NCBI GenBank assembly: GCA_965198175.1
Contig: OZ240245.1
Location: 3,104,001-3,168,000, forward strand
Length of the DNA: 64,000 nucleotides
Source of the DNA: Candidatus Poribacteria bacterium
Lineage (GTDB): Bacteria; Poribacteria; WGA-4E; PCPOR2b
Direction: 5' to 3'
Position numbers and translations under genes: made by a program. Positions 19,681 to 29,076 of the stretch are shown here, in pieces (position 1 is the first letter of the stretch; each line of letters opens with the position of its first letter). The notes below the pieces were generated by a model. That model was not told the DNA's origin, did no database searches, and was given only the letters and a program-made list of their open reading frames with translations.

Positions 19681-19918
19681 GATGTTCGCGTTCAGGTCTC
19701 TGTTATGGGAAGATTATTCTTGGACAAATTCTAAACTTGATGTTAGGCTCGTTGCCTCCATAATTCAATAACTTAACAACCTCCTAGTACATTGTCAAAT
19801 TGAACATAAAGGGCGGTAATTTCAGCCGCTTTTTCGCCGCCACTCACAGCGGAAGTTGTCACGATGGCGTCGCAAGGCATAACTGACAGTGCATTAGCGA
19901 CTAAGAATGGAGGCGACA

Positions 19919-21466
19919 ATGCAAAAAGAGATTTTAATTTCTGACGATGAATATGAGTCCAGATGCGCTATCGTAGAAGATGGTGTTCTTACCGAGATTG
20001 AAATTGAACGCAAGGACGATGAACAGGCTTTAGGAAATGTCTACAAAGGACGTGTTGAAAACGTCCTCCCGGGTATGCAAATTGCCTTCGTTGATGTCGG
20101 ATTGGATCGCCACGCATTCCTCCATGCCTCGGATATTCACTTCGATTTCGAGGCGGAGGATATAGAAAAGGATTCGACGAAGGACGGTCTTGACTCAAAA
20201 GCTATAGATTCGCCAAGGGGTGGTAGAGGCAGTTTCTATTCGATAAGCAATCTGCTGCGCAAGAACCAAGAAATCCTCGTCCAAGTCGCTAAAGAACCCA
20301 TTGGAACAAAAGGTCCGCGTGTCACAGCCTGCGTTACCCTGCCGGGTAGATTCATCGTTTATTTGTCCACTTCGTCAAGCATCGGCGTTTCCCGGCGGAT
20401 TGAAGCTGCGGAAGAAAGGCAGCGTCTCAAAGATATTGCCCAATCGTTGCGTTCCGATGTTGAGGGTGGATTTATTATTCGCACCGCCGCAGAAGGTGCG
20501 TCCGAAACGGAACTTGCGGCGGAAATTCGATACTTGATTAACCAATGGAAGGGAATCTGTGAACGGGCTGAAAAAATGTCTGCTCCTCGGTTGGTACATC
20601 AAGATCTCGGTTTCACCGCTAGAATGATTCGCGACTATTTGACGAACGAGGTCACCCAACTCTTCATTGATTCCAAAGATAAATACCGGGAAACCCTCAA
20701 TTACCTCTCCTCCGCTTTGCCAGAACTTCGATCACGAGTCAAACTCTACGATAAACCCAACCCCATCTTTGAAGCCTATGGTATTGAAAAAGAACTCAAG
20801 AAGGCGTTAACTGAAAAGATCTGGCTGAAATGTGGTGGACATATCATCATCCAACAAACGGAGGCGATGTTTTCCATTGATGTCAATACGGGAAAATTCG
20901 TTGGCAAAGGCGATCCGGATGACACCATTTTGAGCGCCAACCTTGAAGCAGTTGAGGAGGTGGTTCGGCAAATCCGACTCAGAGACATTGGCGGGATTAT
21001 TGTTATCGATTTTATTGATATGGACCAGTCCGAGCACCGAAAGATGGTATATAAGCTGTTGCAGCAGGCATTAAAAAAAGATCGCGCCCGAACGAATATC
21101 CTCCACTTTTCTGAAATCGGCCTCGTGGAAATGACTCGACAGAGAACCCGACCTAGCCTGCCAACTTTGCTCACTGAACCGTGCCCCTACTGCGAAGGAC
21201 ACGGCACAGTGCTTTCGGTGGACACGGTAACAATCGGCTTACTTCGAACAGTAAAAAAAGCCCATCAAAAATCACGAAAAAGAAGGTTGGAAATCATCGC
21301 GAATGAGCTGATTGTGTCGCACCTTAGCAATGAGGAAGCGGATAAGGTTCGTCAACTTGAAGAATCGATGAAAATAACCATTCGGTTTAAGGGGGATCCA
21401 GATATGCACCTCGAAGATTATCGGATTTTCGCCCAAGACACAAATCGTGAAATCTATGTAGATTAA
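19919..21466 (+). CDS. rng: Ribonuclease G/E family
   Basis: S1 domain 'GNVYKGRV..VLPGMQ.AFVDVG', 'KEPIGTKGPR', 'IDVNTG', 'LRDIGGIIVIDFIDM', 'EMTRQR', CPYC. RBS GGAGG before ATG 19919. Confidence 0.93.
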   Translation: MQKEILISDDEYESRCAIVEDGVLTEIEIERKDDEQALGNVYKGRVENVLPGMQIAFVDVGLDRHAFLHASDIHFDFEAEDIEKDSTKDGLDSKAIDSPRGGRGSFYSISNLLRKNQEILVQVAKEPIGTKGPRVTACVTLPGRFIVYLSTSSSIGVSRRIEAAEERQRLKDIAQSLRSDVEGGFIIRTAAEGASETELAAEIRYLINQWKGICERAEKMSAPRLVHQDLGFTARMIRDYLTNEVTQLFIDSKDKYRETLNYLSSALPELRSRVKLYDKPNPIFEAYGIEKELKKALTEKIWLKCGGHIIIQQTEAMFSIDVNTGKFVGKGDPDDTILSANLEAVEEVVRQIRLRDIGGIIVIDFIDMDQSEHRKMVYKLLQQALKKDRARTNILHFSEIGLVEMTRQRTRPSLPTLLTEPCPYCEGHGTVLSVDTVTIGLLRTVKKAHQKSRKRRLEIIANELIVSHLSNEEADKVRQLEESMKITIRFKGDPDMHLEDYRIFAQDTNREIYVD

Positions 21467-21469
21467 ACA

Positions 21470-21499
21470 TTGACAGAAGCAGAAGTGGTTTGATATACT
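21470..21499 (+). promoter_or_regulatory. Promoter for rplU-rpmA
   Basis: TTGACA-18 bp-TATACT with extended TG. Confidence 0.65.
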
Positions 21500-21572
21500 T
21501 CCTGATCGTGCTTACCCGTTCAGCTGTATTTGGGGACACGTATCCAGACCGTTTATTTTCAAGGAGAGAAAG

Positions 21573-21923
21573 ATGTACGCAGTATTTGCCACCGGTGGAA
21601 AACAACATCGCGTTCAGGTGGGGACATTGATCGATGTGGAAAAGCTTGAAGCCCCTGTAGGTGAGCTCGTTACGTTTCCAGAAGTCCTAGCGATCGGAGA
21701 TGGCGAAGGCGATACGCAATTTGGCGCGCCCTACCTCGAAAATGCCGCCGTGATCGGAGAGGTTGTCGTTCAGGGTAAAGCGAAGAAGATTGTTGTTTTC
21801 AAATCCAAAAGGCGCCAAGGTTACAAACGTAAACTCGGACACCGCCAAACATTTACTCGATTACGAATCACTGAAATCCAACAAGAACATACACCCGAGG
21901 AGGTAGAAGAAGATGGCGCATAA
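21573..21923 (+). CDS. rplU: 50S ribosomal protein L21
   Basis: '[14 protein letters not shown]', 'G.PY', '[16 protein letters not shown]'. Confidence 0.97.
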   Translation: MYAVFATGGKQHRVQVGTLIDVEKLEAPVGELVTFPEVLAIGDGEGDTQFGAPYLENAAVIGEVVVQGKAKKIVVFKSKRRQGYKRKLGHRQTFTRLRITEIQQEHTPEEVEEDGA

Positions 21924-22179
21924 AAAAGGCGGCGGCAGCACAGGTAATGGGCGAGATAGCTGCGGTAAACGACTTGGCGTGAAGCGGTTTGCTGGGAACC
22001 GCGTCGCAGCGGGCAGTATCCTCGTTCGCCAGCGTGGAACGCACCTGCACCCAGGCAACAACGTCGGGCTTGGCCGCGATTACACGCTCTTCTCGAAGAT
22101 TGATGGTTATGTCTGGTTTGAGCGGAAAGATAAGTACCGCAGAAAAGTCAGCGTATACCCAGAACGCCCAGATTTCTAG
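21913..22179 (+). CDS. rpmA: 50S ribosomal protein L27
   Basis: '[21 protein letters not shown]...[20 protein letters not shown]'. Confidence 0.98.
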   Translation: MAHKKGGGSTGNGRDSCGKRLGVKRFAGNRVAAGSILVRQRGTHLHPGNNVGLGRDYTLFSKIDGYVWFERKDKYRRKVSVYPERPDF

Positions 22180-22209
22180 CAGCATGTTCCAATCGGATCG
22201 CTCCAAACT

Positions 22210-22241
22210 CAAAGCCTCGTCATTAAAGCGGGGCTTTTTTT
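22210..22241 (+). terminator. Probable intrinsic terminator after rpmA
   Basis: AAAGCC(T)CG...CGGGCTTT imperfect stem followed by a T7 run. Confidence 0.6.
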
Positions 22242-22259
22242 GTATTTTCACAGTAACAT

Positions 22260-22450
22260 GCCGCTCCACTGGAGCGAAACCCCCTTCTAACCGTATTACG
22301 CCTATATAGGCAACAATGTCTTACACTCCAGCGGAGTGATCAACTGACCGATTAGGGAAGGCGACAGTTTTAATCACTAGCGAAGACCATCGCAATCCCT
22401 AGTCGGTCGCTTGATTATGCCCGAATCGCCCACTCCAGCGGAGCGGTATG
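22260..22450. repeat. REP-like CTCCAGCGGAG palindromes enclosing an inverted pair of 23-bp-family units
   Basis: CTCCACTGGAG (~22264), CACTCCAGCGGAG (~22324 and ~22431). Inverted unit at 22336-22370 and direct unit at 22376-22415. Confidence 0.55.
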
Positions 22451-22506
22451 TGGATATTTGCGATAAATCGCTGTTTCTAGGAAAGCATGTTACGCTCTCA
22501 TTGAGA

Positions 22507-22608
22507 TGTGGGTAATAGAAAGCTCGCTTAGGGGGAGCTAGAGGGGGGCAGGTGGTTTCACCCGGTCAAAATCCGGCAACAGGCCCAAATGTGGCAAGCT
22601 AGACCAAG
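22507..22608 (+). repeat. ~100-bp dispersed repeat, copy 1
   Basis: TGTGGGTAATAG..AGGGGGAGCTAGAGGGGG...AAATGTG...GACCAAG; aligns with 23683-23785 and, inverted, with 55001-55091. Confidence 0.75.
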
Positions 22609-22613
22609 GGGAT

Positions 22614-23021
22614 GTGGAAGAGATGAGCGTAATTGCTGCGGAAATTCAGGAACATTGGCGAATTGTGCGTCCGCTTTTTTCCATTCGCAATGAAAACGAA
22701 TATGATCTGGCAGTGGAGCGGCTTAACGCACTAATTGATGAAATTGGTGATAGGGAACAGCATCCCTTATATGAACTACTTGACACATTAGGTGCGGTCA
22801 TACACACTTATGAGGAGAAACACCATCCAATGCCGGAGTGCTGCGGTGTTGAGACGCTTCAGTTCTTGATGGAAGAACATCAACTTGCACCGTCAGATCT
22901 TCCAGAGATAGGTACTCCTGAGACTGTGTCAGAGATTCTCAGCGGCAAGCGTGAGCTTACAGTCAAACACCTGCAAGCCTTAGCTGCAAGATTTCATGTA
23001 TCGCCAACGGTGTTCGTGTGA
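22614..23021 (+). CDS. higA: HigA-type antitoxin / HTH transcriptional regulator
   Basis: 'IRNENEYD.A...L..L.DE', 'YEEKHHP', 'L.FLMEEH.L..SDLPEIG....VSEILSGKRELT...LA.RF.VSP.VF'. Confidence 0.85.
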   Translation: MEEMSVIAAEIQEHWRIVRPLFSIRNENEYDLAVERLNALIDEIGDREQHPLYELLDTLGAVIHTYEEKHHPMPECCGVETLQFLMEEHQLAPSDLPEIGTPETVSEILSGKRELTVKHLQALAARFHVSPTVFV

Positions 23022-23121
23022 TTCCGTAACTCATCTGTGTAGGTAATGGCGCTCACCAGCGCGACAGGCAAGCCGTTAGGCAGAGTGTGGGAATCGTCCG
23101 GACTTCGAGTTGACTCGTATC

Positions 23122-23310
23122 ATGAAGGTTAGGGACCTTTTTAGGTTGATTGAAAAAGATGGCTGGTATTTGATTCGGACTCGAGGCAGTCACCGGCAGT
23201 TCCGGCATCCAACCAAATCAGACACTGTTACCGTTGCCGGAAAGTTAGGATTGGATGTGCCAGCCGGTACGCTCAACAGCGCTCTCAAGGAAGCCGGTCT
23301 CAAAGATTGA
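23122..23310 (+). CDS. hicA: HicA-family mRNA interferase toxin
   Basis: 'IEKDGW...RTRGSHRQFRHP.K...VTV.G....DVP.GTL.S.LK.AGL'. Confidence 0.9.
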   Translation: MKVRDLFRLIEKDGWYLIRTRGSHRQFRHPTKSDTVTVAGKLGLDVPAGTLNSALKEAGLKD

Positions 23311-23323
23311 CTTGGAGGAAGCC

Positions 23324-23539
23324 ATGCAATACCTCGTTATTTTTGAAAAAGGTGCGAGTAGTTACGGCGCCTATGTGCCAGACCTACCTGGCTGTGTAGC
23401 AATAGGCGAGACGATGGAGGAAGCGAGCGGATTAATTGCCGAAGCGATTCAACTTCACATCGAAGGTCTGCTCAAAGATGGTCTTGTGGTTCCGTTGCCA
23501 ACGTCAACAGTAGCGTTTATTGATGTTGCCACTAACTAA
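23324..23539 (+). CDS. hicB: HicB-family antitoxin
   Basis: RBS GGAGG; 'Y.VIFEKG..SYGAYVPDLPGCVA.GET.EEA...I.EAI.LHIEGL'. Confidence 0.9.
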   Translation: MQYLVIFEKGASSYGAYVPDLPGCVAIGETMEEASGLIAEAIQLHIEGLLKDGLVVPLPTSTVAFIDVATN

Positions 23540-23564
23540 CCACCCGTCGCTTGTAAACAGCCAT

Positions 23565-23620
23565 AATCACCACACAGCAATTGCAATCGTGGTTCTCAAC
23601 CGAGTGGTTCGTCCTTTCAC
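23565..23620 (+). pseudogene. Internally deleted fragment of the TIR-partner gene (24444..24920)
   Basis: Matches 24581-24600 joined directly to 24712-24751 through a shared TTGC. Confidence 0.7.
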
Positions 23621-23682
23621 ACAACGTCGAAATGAACGATAGTTCTTAGCCCCAACATAGATGATGACTACCTCCGGAGACT

Positions 23683-23785
23683 TGTGGGTAATAGTAAGCC
23701 TTGCTAAGGGGGAGCTAGAGGGGGTCGGGGCTTTGCACCCGCGCTGAATCCAGCTACTGGTCTAAATGTGACGATCTGGACCAAG
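23683..23785 (+). repeat. ~100-bp dispersed repeat, copy 2
   Basis: Direct repeat of 22507-22608; the two copies bracket higA-hicAB. Confidence 0.75.
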
Positions 23786-23901
23786 CGAATAATAACGTCA
23801 GTGTCTACCATTTCTTCGACTAATACACTTTATTGCATTTTTAAGTTAAAGAATTCGGAAATTGAACCTTGTCGTTTTGTTTTTAATGAGGAGGTTTTCA
23901 T

Positions 23902-24447
23902 ATGAGTGATCGTCATAAGGTGTTTGTCAGTTATCATCATGATAACGATCAAATGTACAGGGAGATATTTGAAGGATGGTTTTCGGATGTGTATGACATA
24001 ATGGTGTCAAAATCTGTAGAAATTGGAGATATCAATCCAAATCTCAAGACAGACACTATTCGTCAAAAAATCCGGGACGAGTTTTTGCGCGATTCAACCG
24101 TGACAGTCGTTTTGATTGGTGCGGAAACTTGGAAAAGAAAGCATGTGGATTGGGAAATCGGGGCAAGCATACGCGACACAAAGTTGAATCCGCGTTCTGG
24201 TCTTATTGGCGTTTTCTTACCCACACATCCCGATTACGGTAGAGACAAATACAAACCCCACATTATACCTCCACGTCTTCATTATAATGTTAAATGTGGA
24301 TTCGCAAAGCTCTATGATTGGAGCAACAGCCCCAATAGGGTACAGTCGTGGATACATGAAGCCTTCAAGCAGAGAGACAAAATTAATCCCGACAATTCCT
24401 ATGACTCGTTTGTAAATAACCGCTCCGGTGAAAGGTGGTACGAATGA
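23902..24447 (+). CDS. TIR-domain protein of the Thoeris ThsB / MTH538 (DUF1863) type
   Basis: 'KVFVSYHH..D', 'IRQKIRDEFL.DSTVTVVLIG.ETW.RK.VDWEI' with the catalytic Glu; RBS GAGGAGG. Confidence 0.88.
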   Translation: MSDRHKVFVSYHHDNDQMYREIFEGWFSDVYDIMVSKSVEIGDINPNLKTDTIRQKIRDEFLRDSTVTVVLIGAETWKRKHVDWEIGASIRDTKLNPRSGLIGVFLPTHPDYGRDKYKPHIIPPRLHYNVKCGFAKLYDWSNSPNRVQSWIHEAFKQRDKINPDNSYDSFVNNRSGERWYE

Positions 24448-24920
24448 AATTCTCGAAGCACCTTAAAAAATGGAAGATGACGAGCTTGAAGTTCACACCG
24501 CCCTTTCTACAAATGGAGTGGGCTCCAAAAGCCGCCGATAAAGATGCCGCATGGGCGCTGTACATTGAATTGCTTACAAGAATCACCACACAACCATTGC
24601 CTTCCGAGCACGGTGATGAGAAAACAGCATTGGATAGTGTTTATTCACTCTTTGCAATCACGAGGGCAGTAATCAAAGAACACGGACGGGATTGCATCAA
24701 TTTCACAAAAGTTGCAATCGTCGTTCTCAACCAAGTGGTTCGTCCTTTCACTGCGAAATGGCATCGGAAGTGCTTGGAGAGTGCTTTTGAGCAGGATTCC
24801 GAACGGACGGTTTTCCGCGAAGAGCTCGCGTCGCTTCAAGTGGAACTACGCAAATATTCTCGAATGCTGGCAGACATTGCTGAAGTCGAAGATTTAACCG
24901 ACCTAGAGGCGACAGAATAA
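24444..24920 (+). CDS. Uncharacterised, predicted mostly alpha-helical protein translationally coupled to the TIR gene
   Basis: ATGA overlap with the TIR stop (24444-24447). Motifs 'AW.LYIELLTRITTQPL', 'ALDSVYSLF..TR', 'LNQVVRPF.AKWH'; no catalytic domain recognised. Confidence 0.75.
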   Translation: MKFSKHLKKWKMTSLKFTPPFLQMEWAPKAADKDAAWALYIELLTRITTQPLPSEHGDEKTALDSVYSLFAITRAVIKEHGRDCINFTKVAIVVLNQVVRPFTAKWHRKCLESAFEQDSERTVFREELASLQVELRKYSRMLADIAEVEDLTDLEATE

Positions 24921-24982
24921 CGACTGACGGAACATGAGAAGCCCGAAGACTTTAATCGCTTCGGATAGGGTAAAAATTACCG

Positions 24983-27900
24983 ATGAACATTAAAAGCGGA
25001 GACATCATAGAGTCTCATAATTGGCCCGAGCCGGTGCAAATCGACCTCGTGGAAGAGGTGGGGGAGTACGTCCGATTGGTTGGCTCAACCGTCCATTCAC
25101 GCGAATATATTAACGCCATGCTCACCCGCGATGAAGTGAACGAGTTGCAGGTCGGGAAACTATCACTAGACTTCAAAGCGAAGGCGCGGCACGTGTTCCT
25201 CAGCCTAGAGGCACGGCGTTACCGATACGCCGCACTGTACGACTCGCTATTCGCTGTCAGTGCATCCAAGGTGGATCCGCTCCCGCATCAGATAGAAGCC
25301 GTCTATGGTCATGTGCTCAAACTGCCGCGCATCCGGTTCTTGATTGCCGACGACCCAGGCGCCGGCAAAACGATCATGGCGGGACTTATCATCAAGGAGT
25401 TGAAACTCCGTCATCTGATTACCCGAACACTAATTGTTGCGCCGGGACATCTCAAAGACCAGTGGCGAAGAGAGTTGAAGGAGCGGTTTGAGGAAAGTTT
25501 TCGTATCATGGACCGCGCGGGTCTCGATTCAGTGCCCGGTGAAAATCCCTGGACTCGCGAATCTCAAATTATCACCTCTATTGACTTTGCCAAGCGCGAC
25601 GATGTCATGCCCGCAATTGCATCTGCGCCCTTCGATCTCGTCATTGTTGACGAAGCGCACAAAATGGCGGCGTACCAATACGGCGACAAAACTAAGAAGA
25701 CGAGTCGTTATCAATTAGGACGGACACTCTCGAAAAGTGCAACCCATCTCCTGTTCCTCACCGCGACGCCGCACAAGGGGGATCCTGAAAATTTTAGATT
25801 GTTCCTGGATCTCCTCGAGCCGGGGTTCTTCGCCACCAGTCAAGATCTACGTGAATCCGTCACGGCGGGAGACAATCCACTCTTTATCCGTCGCGTCAAA
25901 GAAGATTTGAAGGATTTTGAAGGGGTGCCGCTGTTCCTACCTCGACACGTTAGCACGCTCGCATTTGACCTAGGCGTTGATTCACCGGGAGAGAAGGAGC
26001 TCTACAATCAACTTTCCGAATATGTCAATGGACAATACAACAAGGCACTGACAAAGGACAAAAGGAATAACGTGGCGTTTGCTCTAGTCATCTTGCAGCG
26101 TCGACTGGCGTCAAGTACCTATGCGTTGCTCACCTCACTGAAGCGTCGGAGAGTGCGCCTTTCCGATTTGTTGGAAGGCGCCACCGAGAGAAAACGAACC
26201 GAAAGCGTTCCCGATTTTGAGACAATCGACGATCTAAGCGAGGAGGAACGTTGGAGAGAGGAGGAGATATGGGAGGCGCTTTCAGTCGCAGAAAATCGAG
26301 AGGAATTGGGTCGCGAAATCGAGACCCTTGAAACCTTGGCGGGGATGGCGAGGGCAATCATCGAAGACGAAACCGAAATCAAACTCCGAGAGTTGAGGAA
26401 GACGTTGGACGATTTGGAAAATCGTTTCCCCGGCGAAAAAATCCTCATCTTCACCGAATCGCGGGATACCTTGGTATACCTTCAGGGTAAAATGGAGGAG
26501 TGGGGATACAGCGTCACAGTCATTCACGGTGCGTTGAGGCTCGAAGAGCGGATCGAGGCGGAGAGCGAATTTAAAAACCGGACCCAGATTCTGATTGCAA
26601 CCGAAGCCGCGGGAGAAGGTATAAACCTTCAGTTCTGCCACCTGATGCTCAACTACGACCTTCCGTGGAATCCCAACCGCTTAGAGCAACGGATGGGACG
26701 TATCCATCGCTACGGGCAAACACAGGAAGTATTCGTATATAACCTCGTTGCCAAAGACACGCGAGAAGGGGAGGTGTTGACTGCCCTTTTCGATAAGATT
26801 AAAGAAATCCAAACCGCCTTAGGTAGTGACAAAGTGTTCGACGTGTTGAACGAGGTGCTATACGGCGTGAACCTCTCACACTTACTGCTAGAGGCAGCCG
26901 CAAATGCAAGAAGCACGGATGAGATTCTTGCAGAACTCGACATAAGAGTTGATGAGAAATATATTACCGAGGTCAAAGAAAACTTAGGTGAAAGTCTAGC
27001 GACGCGCTACATTGATTATACGCGACTCGGTGAAATGGCGGAACGTGCACGCGAACGGCGCCTCATTCCCGAATACACCGACGCCTTCTTCCGAAAAGCT
27101 TTCGAGGAGCTTAAAGGTAGATTACGCAGTCGTCGAGATGGGTTCCTTGCGATTGAGAGCGTTCCGTTAGCCATCCGCAGGATTGCCGAAAGAGATGCTT
27201 TCATACAGAAACACGGTGGGATGTTGAAGACATATCCCAGGGCAACCTTTGATAAAGATATTGCCTTCAGAAATCCCGATGCCGAATTCATCTCCTTTGG
27301 TCACCCACTGTTTGAAGCCGTTCTCGGTTGGGTGGCTGAAAATTTATCGGGCGATTTGAAACGGGGTGCGGTTTTTGAAGACCCTGATGGAAAACGGGAC
27401 GGCGTTATTCTGTTCTATGAGGGCGAAATTCGTGACGGCAAGGCGCAGGTTGCCGGAGCGCGGCTGTTTGCCTTCTATGTGAGTTCCGATACACGAAAAG
27501 TTGAGCCCATCGACCCCACCGCTATCTGGGATCTCGCGGAAAGTGCACAGCACGTTGCATCAGAAGACATTAACGCCTTGAAAGCTATGGTGATGCCTGT
27601 TATAATGCCTGCACTTGGCGGCTACAAGGACGAACTTGCAGCTGAACGGGAACGGCAGGCGGAAATTAAAAAGAAGTATGGACTAAAGTCACTTAACTAC
27701 CTCATCGTCCAATTGGACGGAGACCTCATTTCACTCTATGACCGCCGCGCCAAAGGCGAAAATGTCGATCGCCTCGTGCGCAACAAGCAGGAACAGAAGC
27801 AGGATTACGAAGATAACCGCAAAACACTAGAGCTAACCATTGCTCAAGAAGGCAGACTCACACCGAGTACACCCAATTACCTCGGTGCGATCCGGGTGAT

Positions 27901-28348
27901 TCCCGCGCCAACCGAAGATCCAACTATGAAAAGCGACCCTGAAATTGAGGGTATTGGCATGGAGGTAACGATGCGGTACGAGCGCCACCAGGGGCGTACG
28001 CCCGAAGATATCTCCGCCGAAAATCTCGGTTTCGATGTCCGCTCGACGGGTCAGGGAGGCGATAAACGTTATATTGAAGTCAAAGCGCGCGCCGGGCTTG
28101 GCGCCGTGGCTTTGACGCAAAATGAGTGGTTCAAAGCGAAACAGTTCAGATCGGACTATTTCCTTTACGTCGTCCTCAACGCCGGCACAGAACCCAACCT
28201 CTATATCATCCAAAACCCATCCGAGCAGACGCACCCAGAGGAGCAGATTGAAGCAGTTCGGTATTGGATTTCTTTGAATGAAATTCGGGGAAAAAAGGTT
28301 CTGTTGAAGAAGGGAACAACTAGTGCCAGCAAGAGACATCTTTCATGA
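24983..28348 (+). CDS. SNF2/RapA-type helicase with C-terminal DUF3883 (PD-(D/E)XK-like) domain
   Basis: 'PLPHQ', 'ADDPGAGKT', DEAH, 'TATPH.G', 'GEGINLQ', 'PWNPNRLEQR.GRIHR'; C-terminal 'GFDVRS...YIEVKAR...LTQNEW'. Confidence 0.92.
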   Translation: MNIKSGDIIESHNWPEPVQIDLVEEVGEYVRLVGSTVHSREYINAMLTRDEVNELQVGKLSLDFKAKARHVFLSLEARRYRYAALYDSLFAVSASKVDPLPHQIEAVYGHVLKLPRIRFLIADDPGAGKTIMAGLIIKELKLRHLITRTLIVAPGHLKDQWRRELKERFEESFRIMDRAGLDSVPGENPWTRESQIITSIDFAKRDDVMPAIASAPFDLVIVDEAHKMAAYQYGDKTKKTSRYQLGRTLSKSATHLLFLTATPHKGDPENFRLFLDLLEPGFFATSQDLRESVTAGDNPLFIRRVKEDLKDFEGVPLFLPRHVSTLAFDLGVDSPGEKELYNQLSEYVNGQYNKALTKDKRNNVAFALVILQRRLASSTYALLTSLKRRRVRLSDLLEGATERKRTESVPDFETIDDLSEEERWREEEIWEALSVAENREELGREIETLETLAGMARAIIEDETEIKLRELRKTLDDLENRFPGEKILIFTESRDTLVYLQGKMEEWGYSVTVIHGALRLEERIEAESEFKNRTQILIATEAAGEGINLQFCHLMLNYDLPWNPNRLEQRMGRIHRYGQTQEVFVYNLVAKDTREGEVLTALFDKIKEIQTALGSDKVFDVLNEVLYGVNLSHLLLEAAANARSTDEILAELDIRVDEKYITEVKENLGESLATRYIDYTRLGEMAERARERRLIPEYTDAFFRKAFEELKGRLRSRRDGFLAIESVPLAIRRIAERDAFIQKHGGMLKTYPRATFDKDIAFRNPDAEFISFGHPLFEAVLGWVAENLSGDLKRGAVFEDPDGKRDGVILFYEGEIRDGKAQVAGARLFAFYVSSDTRKVEPIDPTAIWDLAESAQHVASEDINALKAMVMPVIMPALGGYKDELAAERERQAEIKKKYGLKSLNYLIVQLDGDLISLYDRRAKGENVDRLVRNKQEQKQDYEDNRKTLELTIAQEGRLTPSTPNYLGAIRVIPAPTEDPTMKSDPEIEGIGMEVTMRYERHQGRTPEDISAENLGFDVRSTGQGGDKRYIEVKARAGLGAVALTQNEWFKAKQFRSDYFLYVVLNAGTEPNLYIIQNPSEQTHPEEQIEAVRYWISLNEIRGKKVLLKKGTTSASKRHLS

Positions 28349-28739
28349 TGCTGTAAAGAACGCCCTGATTAAGGATGGTTGGACGATTACACATGACCCA
28401 CTCCGTTTGAAGTGGGGAAACGATCTCCTTTATGTAGATTTGGGCGCAGAGCAACTTTTGACAGCTAAAAAAGAAGATCGAAAAATCGCTGTCGAAGTTA
28501 AAAGTTTCGTTAGTTACTCCAACATGGCAGACCTCGAAAACGCACTGGGGCAATATATCCTTTATCGGAATATTATTGAGGAACTCGAACCTGAACGGAC
28601 GCTGTATCTCGCTGTTCACGAGGAGGTTTTTGCGACCATTTTCGAGGAATCTCTAGGACAGATGTTAATCCGCAAAAATCATCTCAAACTGGTTATCTTT
28701 AGCAAAACCGAGGAGGTCATCGTCAAATGGAACTCGTAG
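28323..28739 (+). CDS. xisH: XisH-family protein
   Basis: 'ARDIFHDAVKNALIKDGWTITHDPL', 'VDLGAE', 'IAVEVKSF', 'ALGQY..YR', 'R.LYLAV'. Confidence 0.92.
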   Translation: MPARDIFHDAVKNALIKDGWTITHDPLRLKWGNDLLYVDLGAEQLLTAKKEDRKIAVEVKSFVSYSNMADLENALGQYILYRNIIEELEPERTLYLAVHEEVFATIFEESLGQMLIRKNHLKLVIFSKTEEVIVKWNS

Positions 28740-29059
28740 AAAAGTACCGAAAAATTGTATTACAAGTCTTTCGTGAGCATACAGAAGGGTCAATTGCTCA
28801 CGGAGATTTAGAAGATGAAATCATCGTCGACCGTGAGGCGGACCACTATCTGTGGATGGTCAGAGGATACCAGAAGCACAAACGGATTCACGCTTGTATC
28901 GTCCGCATTGATATTATCAACGGAAAGTTGTGGATCCAACACGATAATACCGAAGGCATCGCGCCCGATCTGGAGCGATACGGTGTTCCGAAAGAGCATA
29001 TCGTCTTGGGATTCCGCGCCCCGGATGTTCGACAGTACACAGGGTATGCGGTTGAGTAA
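28727..29059 (+). CDS. xisI: XisI-family protein
   Basis: 'D...DHY', 'IDIINGK.WIQHDNTEGIA.DL...GVPKE.IVLGF..P..RQYTGYAV'. Confidence 0.92.
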   Translation: MELVEKYRKIVLQVFREHTEGSIAHGDLEDEIIVDREADHYLWMVRGYQKHKRIHACIVRIDIINGKLWIQHDNTEGIAPDLERYGVPKEHIVLGFRAPDVRQYTGYAVE

Positions 29060-29076
29060 CTAATGAGAAGGAAAAA

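Noticed and set aside
19660..19700. c-di-GMP-I riboswitch (CAGGGTAAACC resemblance)
   Set aside because: Lacks the GNRA-capped P2 and the following GCAAAG/receptor elements.
23020..23085. attC site between higA and hicA (GTTAGGC at ~23075)
   Set aside because: No matching RYYYAAC with a paired bottom-strand stem, no integron integrase, and no repetition at other gene ends.
28323..29059. XisH/XisI as evidence of a developmentally excised element
   Set aside because: No XisF-like serine recombinase or interrupted target gene; the pair is commonly found alone in defence/TA contexts.
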